Assembly: GCA_964057225.1 (NCBI GenBank)
Contig: OZ059898.1
Span: forward strand, 15,314,001-15,378,000
DNA from: Auanema rhodensis
Taxonomy: Eukaryota; Animalia; Nematoda
Length of the DNA stretch: 64,000 nt
Reading direction: 5' to 3'
Within the stretch, counting starts at the first letter, position 1. Every line of letters starts with the position of its first letter. Under the pieces are notes generated by a model that was given only the letters and a program-made list of their open reading frames with translations, had not been told where the DNA came from and searched no databases. A program made the translations under genes and the position numbers. Positions 27,001 through 40,260 of the stretch are shown in pieces.

Positions 27001-28323
27001 ATATTTAATAAATAATAAAATTTAACAAAAAAAATATATAAAAATGGGGTGAGAAGGTCAGAATGATGACGTGCTGACTCAGACCTGTGTACGTAGGTTA
27101 GAAATTAGAAAAATAGGAAGGTGAGAGAAAGAGGGCAAAGAGAAAACGTGAGCAAGAGATAGAGAGAGGAAGTAAAGAAGAGAGAGAGAGAAAGAAAGAA
27201 AGAGAGAGAGAGATGAGAGGGAAGCATGATAAGAATAAGTGCTTGTATTATGAACAAATAAGGAAGAAGTTAAAAAAAAGTGAATTTAAAAAAGAGATTG
27301 TAAATCTTTAAAAAAAAAAACAGTTTATTTCAGAGATTAAAAGCTATTTTTTCAGAAAAAATAGTGGTAGAGTCCTAGAAATATACAAAATTGACGAGAT
27401 GGGTGGTGCAGTAGACAGAGGGGCGGGATCGCTGATGGGGGGATCGTTTGTAAGACAAATGAGGTCCAAGATCCGCCCATCGGCTTGGTTCGATATCCAG
27501 AGGTTACTGAAACGGTATGTGATTCAAGTAATTGAAAGTCGTTTGGAATGGACAACATGGTAATGTGACGGCAACCATGAAAGGCGGCTTTGATGGTGTT
27601 GGGTCCTATGGATATGAACGAATATGAAGAAATAGCTAGTACTGTATTCAGAGAGAGAAAGAGAGAGAGAGATAGAGAGAGAGAAAGAGACCGGAAGAAA
27701 GAGAGATATAGAGAGAGAGAGAGAGAAAGAGAGAGAAAGAGAGTACAAAATATATTTATATTATAAGATCTTCTTTAATATATTCTTATTTATTGAATAT
27801 AGTTGAATTTAATAGCTGAATAGCACTGCCCCAATACGAACTTCAAAGTTTCGCGACTATAATACTCTGAAAGTCAGAGATGATGCTACCGGAAACAGTA
27901 CTGAATCTGAGAAAAGCAGTAGCACGAAAATCAATGTAAATAAATATATAAAGAATATTTGACTTAATTAGATGCTAGGAAAAGGTTATAATGGTAGGTT
28001 GAGTGAGATAGGCTGGGTGGGCTCCAGGTTGGCTGGAGCCATGTAGCTATCAAGCATTATGATCACATTCAGTAGTTGATAATGAATAAAAAAAATTCTT
28101 GTGTTATGATAGACGTTATAAACTATAATTTTTCGATATTATTCATTCATTCTATAAGAAATGGGGGAAAATCGAAGAACAATCATTTCAAAGTGAATAT
28201 TATTCTTATCAGCAAAATATGATGAGAGCTTATACTTACAATTGATTACCTGAATGTTCATTAACAGCGTTTGTACCTCTCTCTCTCTCTCTCTCGCTCT
28301 CTCCCTCTCCTTCTCTTTCTCTC

Positions 28324-28369
<46 letters not shown>

Positions 28370-28689
28370 TCCTTCTCTTTCTTTCTTTCTCTCTCTTTTT
28401 CGTTTCCTTTTAGTTCAAATACTTAATGCTTGCTTAATTCTTTTTTTTTTCAGGAAAAAAATGATGAGTGGATGATCTGTGATTTCAAAACAAACTGATT
28501 GTTCAATGTTTTCCACTTTTCTAATTCGTTTATGAGTTAAGATTAGAACTATATGAATTTCTTTTAATTATTATTATTTTTATTAAAAAATTTAATTATA
28601 TTATATATTAAAAGCTTTAATTATATAAATAATATATTTCAATTATTATATTTGAAGACCATCATAGCTCTTATTTCCCGCCATAGTGT

Positions 28690-28771
28690 GCAGTCATGTC
28701 CGAGTGGTTAAGGAGATTGACTAGAAATCAATTGGGCTCTGCCCGCGTAGGTTCGAATCCTGCTGACTGCG
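28690..28771 (+). tRNA. tRNA-Ser(AGA)
   Basis: 82 nt, GCAGTCA...TGACTGC acceptor stem, anticodon arm ATTGA-CT-AGA-AA-TCAAT, long variable arm, GGTTCGAATCC T-loop, T-run terminator downstream. Confidence 0.97.
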
Positions 28772-29219
28772 AATAATTTTTGTAGAATCAAGAAACAATT
28801 TTATTGATTCATTTGCTTCTCCTATCTGTCCTCTAGCTGTTCCTCGTCCGAATGTACCATAGATACTGATTAGAGACTCATTGTTCATCTCTCTCCTGAA
28901 AGTGGAATGTCCTTTCAGATGGCAATGTATATGAAATTTTACTTTTTTCTTTGTTTTTTTTTATTGAAATAAGTCAAGTTGAACATAGAATAATACTATG
29001 TTGATGAATATTTCTTCAATCAAGATATGATACTTCTACATGGGATTTTCATATTCAAAGGATCCGGCACCCGTTTCTTCCTTCGCTTCCATACTGTAGA
29101 ATCGCCAACGATGTTAGGCTCTAAGTTTGCGGCACTTGGTTCAGTTCCCCGTTTTTAAATCAATTTTATATTTTCTTTTTCATTTTAAATTTATTGTGCT
29201 GTTAAATAATATTTCTCGT

Positions 29220-30100
29220 GTAATATGACCTCTTACAAACCCATATACTCTTGACTGTACATGGCTCCATTACCCATGAACTGCTTGCTTAACAACTTGG
29301 TCAAAAAATATTCCAACTTTTCTGAAAATGTAAAAAAACCAAAGTAATTGAAACTGATTCACTAAACAAGCTTAATCTTAACATTAATAAACTTGAAACA
29401 TACAAGTATCGACAAACAAATAAAACATCTTAGAGATACACACGAAAGACGGAAGTTTCTAAAGCTACTGGTACAAGATCTACTTGATTACTGTAAAAAC
29501 AGTTGAATTATGGTTACCAGATAGCATGTAGAAGAATCAGAAATACTTCTTGACCACCTCAACAGACACACCACACGATACCGATCAAGACACAAGATCA
29601 TGCTCACAAAAATAAATAAACTTTCCAATATTCTTAATGTTTTATGAGGTCCAGAAAACAATTAGGAAGAGAAGCTGCCATTAAAAAGTTTAAATTTTCT
29701 GTTACTGTGTGAATTCTGTGTGAATTCTGCTACCTTGATCTCAAATACAAGTCACCCGTGCTCACACATGCTCTAGCCATTCAGAAGCAGCCAAAACATT
29801 AAATGCTTCGAGTATTCTTCATACTTCAATTCAAGGTCGATTTTCCAATTATTTATTTTGCGCTTTCAATGCAATCGTTAGCAGTTTATATCACATCACT
29901 TTATGGATTTATGTGTTTTTTGGGCACTGATGTCGTTTCGCTCACTCCCGGGGGGGATTGTGATTGTGATATAAACTGCAATACAACATTTATGTGCTTT
30001 TTATTGATTCTTATTACTCTACCGGAAACGTGAACTTCACAATCTCGAACTGTGTTAACGTTCTCTCATGCTTATCTACTTATCCCTTAACTGTATTAAC
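29220..30100 (+). mobile_element. Possible degenerate, internally deleted BEL/Pao-like LTR retrotransposon remnant
   Basis: Intronless A/C-rich frame at 29402-29647 reads IDKQIKHLRDTHERRKFL...HVEESEILLDHLN with two internal stops, reminiscent of the helical Gag N-terminus of nematode BEL/Pao elements. A GGGGGGGA purine tract at about 29950-29957 is followed by TTGTG (PPT/LTR-start-like). No paired LTR or pol motif was seen. Confidence 0.3.
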
Positions 30101-30495
30101 ACGTTGACTAAAGTTTCAAACCTCGATCATCATGTGTTTACTCCTGATTATACATGAAGTTGTAGTAATATTTGCAAATGAAATCTTATTCGAAGTTTAA
30201 CTTGAATATAATTTATTTGGTCTTTAAATTAGTCGACATTTAGACAATTCTCTATTTTTTCTGATAATAATACTATTTCTTTAAGCAATTAAATCATCAT
30301 ATATGTTATCTGTGTTCTGAACATCCAGAATGGTCAGATCTCGTTCTGGTATTTATCAAAAGCAATACTGATTATAATTAAAAAAAAAATTTTTACAGAT
30401 AACATGATATGTTACATTAGTAATGATAAGACGTATTCATTTCTGAGATAACCTTCTTCTCTTAAGGTACTTACAATCAGAACATCTGAACGAAC

Positions 30496-30876
30496 ATGCC
30501 AGGTTCTTCTACGGTAAGATTCTTCTTTGTTTTGTTTTTAAAATAAAAGATATTTAGGATGAAGATGAGCATAAATTCTTTGAAAGTCTATCGAACCTTT
30601 TGGAAATTGAGGATAGATATCATTTGCTCATATCTGAGATAGAAAAACTCATGGAAGATCTAAAGGTTATTACTATAATTCAAATAAATAATTTTAAAAT
30701 TAATTCAGTTAAATCATGAGATTTGCTATCTTCGTTTGGAGAATATAAGATTGAAAATTGAATATGCAATGCTGAGAAGACAAAATCATTTCAATGTAAG
30801 AATTTATAAGAATTATTTCAATCAATGTCATCTTCTTCTAAATTGAAAATATTAATTTTAGGAAGAAGAACATTGA
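30496..30876 (+). CDS. Small orphan coiled-coil protein, 75 aa, 4 exons
   Basis: Exons 30496-30513, 30558-30665, 30709-30795 and 30862-30876 with GT-AG introns, all phase 0. They give MPGSSTDEDEHKFFESLSNLLEIEDRYHLLISEIEKLMEDLKLNHEICYLRLENIRLKIEYAMLRRQNHFNEEEH*. There is an in-frame stop upstream of the ATG. Confidence 0.6.
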
Positions 30877-33800
30877 AACCTTCAGAATATGAATCTAGAG
30901 GCTGGACCACAATTTCTTTTTGTTTATTTAGTTGAAAAGTTTGTAATTATTTTTTAAAATCTTTTGAAAAGTAATTTAAGTCTTAACTGAATATTTTTTT
31001 GTATAATCAGTGATTACTGAGTAATGAACGTTGCTTATTTAATTAAATGTTTTTTATTATTTATTTATAAATAAATAAATAAAAATACATTGTAATAATC
31101 AAATATTTCATGATTTACAAGTATATTTGAGATCTTTAATTGAAATAGAAATCATCAAATATCTTTTGTATATTGACTATTCTAATAAACAAAAGAAAAT
31201 CATTTTCTAATACTTACAACTTAAACAACTTATTCTTTGAATACAAATAAACTTCCAAATATAAATCAGAGCTACTTCGGAACTGTAAGATAGCTTTATC
31301 GTAATTTTGATTTGTCATGTAATATGAGATCATTGATAAGAATAAATGAGTAAGAACTATTTTTAAAAATATCAAATTAATTGAACTTTGGAACTATTTG
31401 AAAGAAATTTTTGAAACATAAATAAGAAAAAGATATATTCTTTGAAAATCACATGTGTTCTTGTATTAATTTTGCATGAAAAATGCACGTTTTACATATT
31501 GCAAGATGACTATCTTATCTTTTACTGATTAAAAATTTCTTATTATATTAAGATTAATATCTATACAATTGAAAAACGGAAAAAAGAAAACATAATGATT
31601 CATAGAACACGTACAGTGTATACATCAATTGAGAAAAAGAAATATTTATAAGTTATTAAGCTTAAATAAGTTTTATTTTACATATAATTCAGAGATAATT
31701 ATATAATATAATTAATATAATTATAATAAAATTTATTTTATTTTACTCAAAAAGCATATATTACTCTTTTTCTCTTTATTTCCCTATCATCTAATTTGAA
31801 AAGTTATTCTAGACTATATTTGAAATTTATAAAAAACGTGCTCTAATCTTCAAGTGATTAGAGAACATTAAACTGAAACCTGATGTATTAAAGAACTAAT
31901 AGAAGAATTTTTCAACTAAAAAACTGGAGCAAAGGTTAAATCTAATACATTCCCCAATTATTACAAAGTTATAACAATATCAAGTTGGTAACCAACAATG
32001 CTTATAAAGTTTCTAATTTAATTATTAATAGTTTAATTATGCTTTAATTCTTAAATTCAGATTTAAGTTTTATATGATTTATATATAATTAGTATAATTA
32101 ATATATTTATTAAGAGAAAAACCAAAAATCATTTTTTGAAATAGCTGAAAATCAAATGAATGAGCTTACTTTAGAAGTAAGAATCTGATTTTCTTTGAGA
32201 TCGTATGTATATCCCAAATGAAATTGAAGAAAGATATAGCCTTCTAGACACATCTCGTTGTACCCACCTTTAACAACCTTTTTTCAGATAAATATGTGAT
32301 TATTTTGATTATTTGTATCAATAACAACAACAACAACAAAAATCTAGAAAAACATCTAATTTTCCCTCTATTTATCTGACAAACAAGGTTTTATTTAAAT
32401 ATTTTCAAATAAAAGAATTCAAATCACAAATTAAGAAACTAATCTCATCAAATGAATTATATCTTATAAAACATAATTTATTTTTAGCTTAAATTTATCT
32501 ATTACCTAATTTCTTTTCATAAAAAAAAACGTTCTCTTATCGCTTTTGTTTCTTCCTGTTTCTTCCTTTTTATTTTCTTTGTTAGAAATTTCTAAATTAT
32601 CTTGCCCATATCTGATGCAATATGTTGTAAAGCATAGTATAAATCTCAAAAACTTACTGTGAGTCTCCAAAACCTCTAAAAACTGGCAGTGGATAAGCTT
32701 ATAAAGCATATAATCAAATGCCATCTGTTTCTAAATTGAATAGCAAATTGCAAGAACTTAGTGGTGATTGATTCTTTTTTTTTCAGAAAATATATTTTAT
32801 TATTAATTATAAAAATTATTTATTATGTAAAGTATTTTGTTAATTTTTGAAAATAATCATAAATGATATATGTATATGTATTTTGATAAATGTTCGTGCC
32901 AGGAGATGGTGGAGAAGAATCATCAAACTCGTCCAGCTTTCAGCATAAAAACTGAAGATGAACAAACAAGCTTTAGGAAGTATCTTCTACTTATGTTACT
33001 AAAAATAAAATAATAAAATTTCTCATGAATCAAAGAAATAAAATTTAATCTAATCTAATCAATTTAGTAAGTAAGTTCGTTCTCAGAAGATAACTCTATC
33101 TATAAGAACTTCAAAACATTTAATGATTCATACAAATTTATCATTTATTTTAATTAAAAATCAAAAAAATGTATGATAAACTGTGATGAGTAACTCAAAT
33201 TGGTTATCATTCTTCTTATTTTTTATAAAATTTATCAATAAAGACATTACATTCTAGTTTTGTATGCACTTTCTATCATTGAATTCTTAATAATAAAACT
33301 GATGTTTAATCTCAAAATTCATCATAAATCATATTTCTAATTTATTTTATCAAAAAGATTTAAATAATCAGTTTAATTATCAAACTATATACAAATAAAT
33401 AAAATTTTAAAAAAATTACAGAAGGAATGATAATTTCTTTTTGATTTTCCGTTCTGATTTCGAGAACGCATACCATATGCATATTCCCTACTCTCCTCTC
33501 CTCTCCCCTCAATAATTGAAATAATTTTCTCATAACTATGTATATGTAAATACAAATATATTTATACAAAACAATATTTTAAATTTCTAAATATGATTAT
33601 ACAAATTAAAAAAATATTTTATTATTATTGTAAAACAAATTATGAATTACCTACAAAATCACACTGAAGCTCAGATGTTTTGAATTCCTAATTTCAATCA
33701 TTTTTCTTTTTTTTTTTAATTCAAAATACAAAGTATGTAACTAAACACTTTTTCTCAGATTTGAAAAAAAAGAAGATAAGTAGATAGATACAATTGATAA

Positions 33801-33920
33801 TTAAAAATTTCTTGATTAATTACTTTTTTTTTATACTTACAAGTTCATTTAATACATTGGTCTTATTAATTGGATTTATCTATGATGCTTATAGAGAGAG
33901 AAAGAGAGAGAGAGAGAGAG

Positions 33921-33966
<46 letters not shown>

Positions 33967-34242
33967 GTGATGAGCATACACTTCATACACATTTTGATCG
34001 TACACGAGTGCATGACGAGATATTGATAATACAGCCAGATCGTATAATCGGATATTATTTATATGAATTTTAATTAAAGTTTATTCTATTTTATTTAATA
34101 TTTTACTCATTTTCAAACAATTTAAAACAATTTTTTGGACAATTAATCCAGATTATCTTTAATATTATCAAGAGGAAATGAACTGTATTTAGTTGTATAG
34201 ACAGCATAATTTATATTTTCATTCAACCATCGATAGAACAGA

Positions 34243-35866
34243 ATGGTTAACCGGCCCTCAGGTCGTTGTGTTACAACATATCTCATATGTCTAACTATAC
34301 TCAACTATGTACTAACTGCTGATAGTAGAAAATTCGATGAAGCTCATATGCTCTATCATCAACCTATACTTCAAACTCTAACTATTGGAAACTATACTGA
34401 CGACAGACTTGACAACTTATTGCCTGGTACGCTACGTCCAACGATATGTGAGCTTAAGCTTTTCAAATCAAGCTCATCTAATTACTTCAGCAGACGATGA
34501 GCAAATCTTGTTAAGCCAAATGCGTAATGCATCTGCTTTCGAGTTTCGCTATAATGAAACTTCAAATCTCATGAAGGTAACATTGTATCATGATGATGAT
34601 CTATCTCTTCAAGTTCCAAGTTCATGATGATATCTCCGCATTTTCAGTTAATCATGGGATTCCACAAGACATACTATGCTGTTGATGGAATATTACCACC
34701 ACAAGCTATAAATTATCTTATAAAAGAGGTATTTATCTATAAAAAAACAAACAAACAAACAAATAATATTATTTATTTTAGATTAATCCCAATATATTTA
34801 TTTCAAAAAATTATACAGATTTTCAAATACGACAACATATATCACACATAACTGACTGTTTTACTCCTGGTATTATGGTATATTATATATATATATACAT
34901 GATTATATAATATTATAATTGAAAATTATAGAAAAGAATCACAAAAACATTGAAGAAAATTGAAAATTACTATGTTAATTTCCTAAAAGAACCTAGAGTA
35001 AGCCAAATATTTTCATATTATTCACTGTTTATATAGATTGCAACGAAAGGTAAAAAGATGGTTGAAGATTTCAAATCTGGAGCTTTATTCCGTTTTCCAA
35101 ATGGATCGGTAAGTTCATATCTATAGATTAAAGCTTAAAAACTAATTAATTTGTTATAATTATTTAGAAATTTTATTATTTATTTATAGTTAACATTAGA
35201 ATGTAAAGATATGACACGTGATGAAGAATGGGAAGCATCAGTATTTGATCCACTTCGATTACTGTATCTAGAATATCCTAACTTTGCTAAAACATCAGAA
35301 CAAGCTAAGCAACTTGATGATTCAGTGTATTATAAGAAATTTGAGAAATTCTATGAAACTGATGATGTAAATGATAGAAATGGTAAGAAATTTCTTATTT
35401 TCTTATAACTTTTAAAGAATTTATGTTTAAAGATACAAATTCTACTGATAGTATTGAGACTTCTTATCAGCCTGTAACTAATCTTGATGATTGTCCCACT
35501 CTGCTGGTTAATAATGTAAACCTAACGGCACAACAGCTTAAAGATTGCTTAGGAGAGGATTTCCTAAAAAATCCAGGCGGTGATATAGCTACTGTACCTC
35601 TGATACCGAATTTCAATGACGAAATACCCGAATTCGATATATTCACTTATACTCTGAAGAAATTCAATAATATCAATAAGGAATCCGTTTATCAACCAGT
35701 TGAAACATCATACTCAACTGATGATCTTCCAACCAATCTGTATGCACCTCAAGTACCTTTGGGAGAAAACACACATAATTCATCTGATGATGTAAAGCCA
35801 AAAGTCAGCAAGCGCGGAAGGCAAGTCTTAACATTAGGAGATGCTATAATTCGCCAACAAAAATAA
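34243..35866 (+). CDS. Secreted orphan glycoprotein, about 400 aa, 8 exons
   Basis: Signal-peptide-like N-terminus (YLICLTILNYVLTA-DS). The frame stays open across seven short GT-AG introns, joining ORF pieces 34243, 34385, 34624, 35211 and 35423. Several N-x-S/T sequons (NYT, NAS, NET, NGS, NST, NLT, NSS) and an AATAAA just after the stop. No family recognised. Confidence 0.75.
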
Positions 35867-36244
35867 ATTTGAAAAGACGAATTAATGAATAAAACATTTA
35901 ATTTTTGACATTCTTTTCTTTTATTTTTGTAAATTTTAATATAAATCTTCATAATAACTTAATAAATTATTCTTATATAGATATAAATATAGAAATTATA
36001 TAATAATATACATTTAGCACTTACTTATGTCTAATATAATTTGCAAAAAATTCAATTTTGCAACAACAAATTTATCAAAAATGTTATTAACTACTTGGAA
36101 ATTGGCTATTCAATTATCAAAAATTCATATATCTTATATGAAATATAGAGAAGATATAGAGAAGGAAGTATGAAATTACTATATTATATAGTATATGATG
36201 AATGAGTGAATGATGAACTATCTGTTCTTCAATATCTTTCTATC

Positions 36245-36288
<44 letters not shown>

Positions 36289-37101
36289 AGTCTATATACA
36301 GTATACAGATAGATTCATAGAAATGATATTTAACAACAAAAAGTAAAAAGAATTCAAAGAATTGAAAAAAGAAGAAAATTTAAACAGATGTTTGTACATA
36401 CTATGTCTGTCTAGTATGATGATAGCTTCTTTCTAATTTGTATTTATATGAGCTTAAAGCTTTTTTTTTTCATCTTCATCTTAGAATAAATAAATTTATA
36501 GTTTGATCAAATTAAAATTTCTGTTTTCTTTTAATTATTTTTTATTTTTTATTTTTATTTATATGTATTCGATTTCCCGCATGAGATGCCTGTATGAGAT
36601 TTCGCACATGAGAAACTGCTTCATGTATGTGATTTAGCTGTTTGATAAACCCAATTCTTTACTCAAATTCCCGTACAAAAAAATGATTTTTGTGTAGATT
36701 TGTACATGAAAAACTTTAATTTTCTTGAGACATTCCCCCAGGCTTTGAAATGATTCATTAGAATTCATTCTATAACTCAACTCATTACCATGTGCAACAG
36801 TCATAAGATTCTTTCTATTATTCATTAAATATCAAAAAAACAATTTATTTCAAAGTTTTTAAAGTTTTAAAGTTTCAAACAAGTTATAGAATGAATAAGA
36901 AGTTCAAAATGTTATCTTTGATTGTATTTCTTGATCTAGAGAACATTCGCATGATAGTTTCATCAGAAACAAACTGTTTTTCTTTTCCAAAAAACAAGTC
37001 ATTTTGTATCTTTTGATGATTTTCATATAAGAAGAACTATAATATATTCATAGATTATATATGTATCATTATAATTATTAATAGATAAATAGATAATAAG
37101 C

Positions 37102-37147
<46 letters not shown>

Positions 37148-37471
37148 CGACAAAAGGTTTTATCTGAATTTTGAACAAATCATTCACGCTCAAACATGAA
37201 ATTACTATTTCTCTTCATGTTCTTCTGGTTAATTAGCAATCGTTTAATATCAGTTCAATACATTTGATTCGATTCTCTCCATTCGAACATCTTAAATCTG
37301 ATAATCATCTCTGTAAATTCAGAATGACAAGTAGCAGAAGAACAAGTACGAGTTGAGAAATATAAATTTCCTTCTGTGAAAACTATATCAGCTGGCTGTA
37401 TCGTGACAGGTGCAGCTTTCGCCAACCTACCATTCTATACTTATCAGTGTGTGTCTGTGTGAGTGTGGAAG

Positions 37472-39246
37472 ATGAACCAATTATTCTACTATGATTCTAT
37501 AGATCAACATCCATTATATAACTGCAGGTAAATTTCTTTTAGATTTATTTGAAACTTAAAGCTTAAAACTTAAAACTTAAAACTTAAAACTTAAAACCAT
37601 TTGCTTTGTAGTGCTTTGACAGCAGAAAAGATAGCCTTAAGTCATTCTATTCAACGCCCATATTGGGGAATAGCCATAATCCTTTATGGGATTATTTCTC
37701 AGGTTTTCACATAGTTAAGCATTAATTATAAAACTTAATTTCAGACATTATATGTACTTTCTTTGAAAGTTATTGTAATGAAAGCAAATTTTAGCTTATC
37801 TTGTTATAAAATAATGCTTATACTCGGCTTAAATGATATGCTTTCATCCATTAATAGTAATATCATACTTGGCTATTGTATCTATGCTGGTATTTCATTT
37901 TGTGATGCTCCAAGTTTCATATACGCTACAGGATGTGTTCATTACTGTAAGATTCAAGCTTAAAACTTAAAACTTTCATTACCAACTTTTCCATATATAG
38001 TTTGTTTTGTGACAAGTGGATTTTTCGGTCTTCTATTAGCTTTAAATCGTTCATTAGAAGTTTCAAAGCATAAAGCTTTATGTTATTTGAAAGTTACATT
38101 CTTTGATGGAGATCGTACATACTTTTCCATAGCATTTGGAATTATATACAGCTTTGTCTTACAATTCTTCGGTAAAGCAGCATTGTTTAACAATACGTTT
38201 GGCTGTTTCCATCATGATCCTCTGATTTTTGACGATCGATCTGAAGAGGTATGATCTGAAAAACAAAGAAATACAAATCATATTCTATAACTATATTAAT
38301 TATATTTCAGTATAAAGATTATATAATGATTATAAATAATCTTTTTGTATTCATATTAGCAGCCATTTTTACTATTTTTTATTTTTATACCATATTGAAG
38401 AGAATTGAACTTTTTGCCAATTTTTCTACACAACGAAGAGTTCGAATATCTTTTTTCAATCTAGATTTTAAAAAATCTTTAATTATTTTAGATTTTTACA
38501 CAAGCTTTAGCACTAAATATGCTTACATGGACAGTAGCATTTGCTTATTTCTGTATTATATTTTCATTAATAGAATTTGATCCGTTTATTGAAATGGTTA
38601 TGTATGAAATTTCAACAGGTATGGATCATCTAAATATCTTTATATGGCTTTAGTGCATTTGTTGCCACCCACCACTCAGTTCAGTGAAAATTCAATTTTA
38701 TGTTAGCGGTTGTCTATCAAGCAAGAAGTTATAAGCTTAGGCATATCCACTGCCTAGAGTTAAGCTTAGGCTTAGACTTATCCACTGCCTAGAGTTAAGC
38801 TTAGGCTTATCCATTGCCTAGAGTTAAGCTTAGGTTTAGGCTTATCCATTGCCTATAGTATTTGAGGATACTTTTTTCGAGACTCAAAAGTTAAAAAAAA
38901 CAAAATCATTTTGAAATATTTGAGGTGGCAACAAATGCAATAGAATCTTATCTATATGTATTCATATATACTTATATAGTTAACTATATTATATATAATT
39001 ACAGGACTTCCAGCTATCATATATGTTACTATCAATCATACTATTAAACAAGGAGTTAAAAAGGATCTTCAATATATATTAAAGTTGTGTTATAACGTAG
39101 AGATATCCAATGTTTTTAGCTTCAGAACAAAGTTTCAGTATCCAAAAAAAATATTAGGACAAGCAGCCATCACTCCGTCAACAACAACAACAACAACAGG
39201 AACATTACCAACAACAAAACCTCCACAGCTTGAGACATCATCATAG
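37472..39246 (+). CDS. Serpentine chemoreceptor, Srt family (7TM GPCR), 8 exons
   Basis: Spliced product begins MNQLFYYDSIDQHPLYNCS...RPYWGIAIILYG...LY...SCYKIMLILGLND...LLALNR...FDG.RT...DP...NN...IFTQ...GLPAIIYVTINHTIK, the characteristic Srt motif series. The frame is intact to TAG at 39244-39246. Confidence 0.88.
38651..38942. mobile_element. MITE (about 290 bp) with 16-bp terminal inverted repeats and TA flanks, in an srt intron
   Basis: TGCATTTGTTGCCACC (38654-38669) and GGTGGCAACAAATGCA (38924-38939) are perfect inverted repeats. TA dinucleotides lie at 38651-38652 and 38941-38942, consistent with a Tc1/mariner-type target duplication. No coding capacity. Confidence 0.75.
38732..38859 (+). 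repeat. Telomere-like minisatellite, alternating 29/35-bp units (4 units)
   Basis: Approximate unit TAAGCTTAGGC[TTAG(A/G)C]TTATCCA(C/T)TGCCTAGAGT at 38732, 38761, 38796 and 38825; contains the nematode telomere hexamer TTAGGC. Confidence 0.9.
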
Positions 39247-39751
39247 TCTCCTTCTTCTTCTTCTTCTTCTTCTTCAAAAGAAAATATGATTTGAAATGTA
39301 GGTTAAACTCAATAATTTCTGTCTGTAAACACAGTTTCACAATACTCTGTATTAATCTGAAAGCTATTGAACAAGATGAAAGTCTATTCAAGCCGAGATC
39401 TATACCCAAGGGTTCATTGGCTGAAGAAAAACTATTTTTTTCAAATTTAAATGATTATAATTAACGTTTTGAGATTTTAAATTATTTTCAGAAGATGATA
39501 ATCAAAAGATATATATAGTATGTATTTTTATTAATTAGTTTATTTGGAACTTAACTATACATTCTGCGTATTAAGTTTTTATTTTTAAAACTTATAAAAA
39601 TAATTCTGATTTGATTGTATTCAATCAAATATATTTATATATATTCTTTAAAATAATAATAAGATATGTACTGTACTTTTTGTATATTTTACAATTCTTT
39701 TTGTGAATAAATATTAATTTTCTTATATATGTATACTTTCTTTCTCTTTAT

Positions 39752-39841
<90 letters not shown>

Positions 39842-40101
39842 TAATTCCAATGACGCATACAGACCTGGTAAGCGAACCATGTATAGCATTGAATTGGTCA
39901 CAGCCAACCGCTAAATAGTTAAGACGTCACCTAAAGCGAAAAGTCATCTACACGTGAAATTACGTGAAATTGGAGTAATTTTCTAACCAAACCTTGGTAT
40001 AAGCGGCTGACTCTTCATATCAAAACTCAAGGTTTTCATGCATAAATTGCTATAATTTAATTAATTTTTGATATTGGTTAAAGATTTCGATAGGCTTTGT
40101 T

Positions 40102-40219
40102 ATGGAAACTATTGAGAATTGTCAACGTGTTAAGAAATTAATAACTAAATCAGATAGAAAACGACGTCATAGCAAGGTTATTCCTTTTCTTCCTTTTTCT
40201 GATACTCACACATGTACAT

Positions 40220-40260
<41 letters not shown>

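Noticed and set aside
28020-28040. Perfect 8-bp GC hairpin GGCTCCAG-N5-CTGGAGCC as a Helitron 3' end
   Set aside because: No properly spaced CTRR terminus on either strand and no other Helitron sign.
31290-31345. TGAGATCATTG, a bantam/mir-58-like 5' end
   Set aside because: Upstream pairing is too poor for a precursor hairpin.
32160-33000. Possible small gene around ORF 32506-32724
   Set aside because: No consistent spliced frame could be built on either strand.
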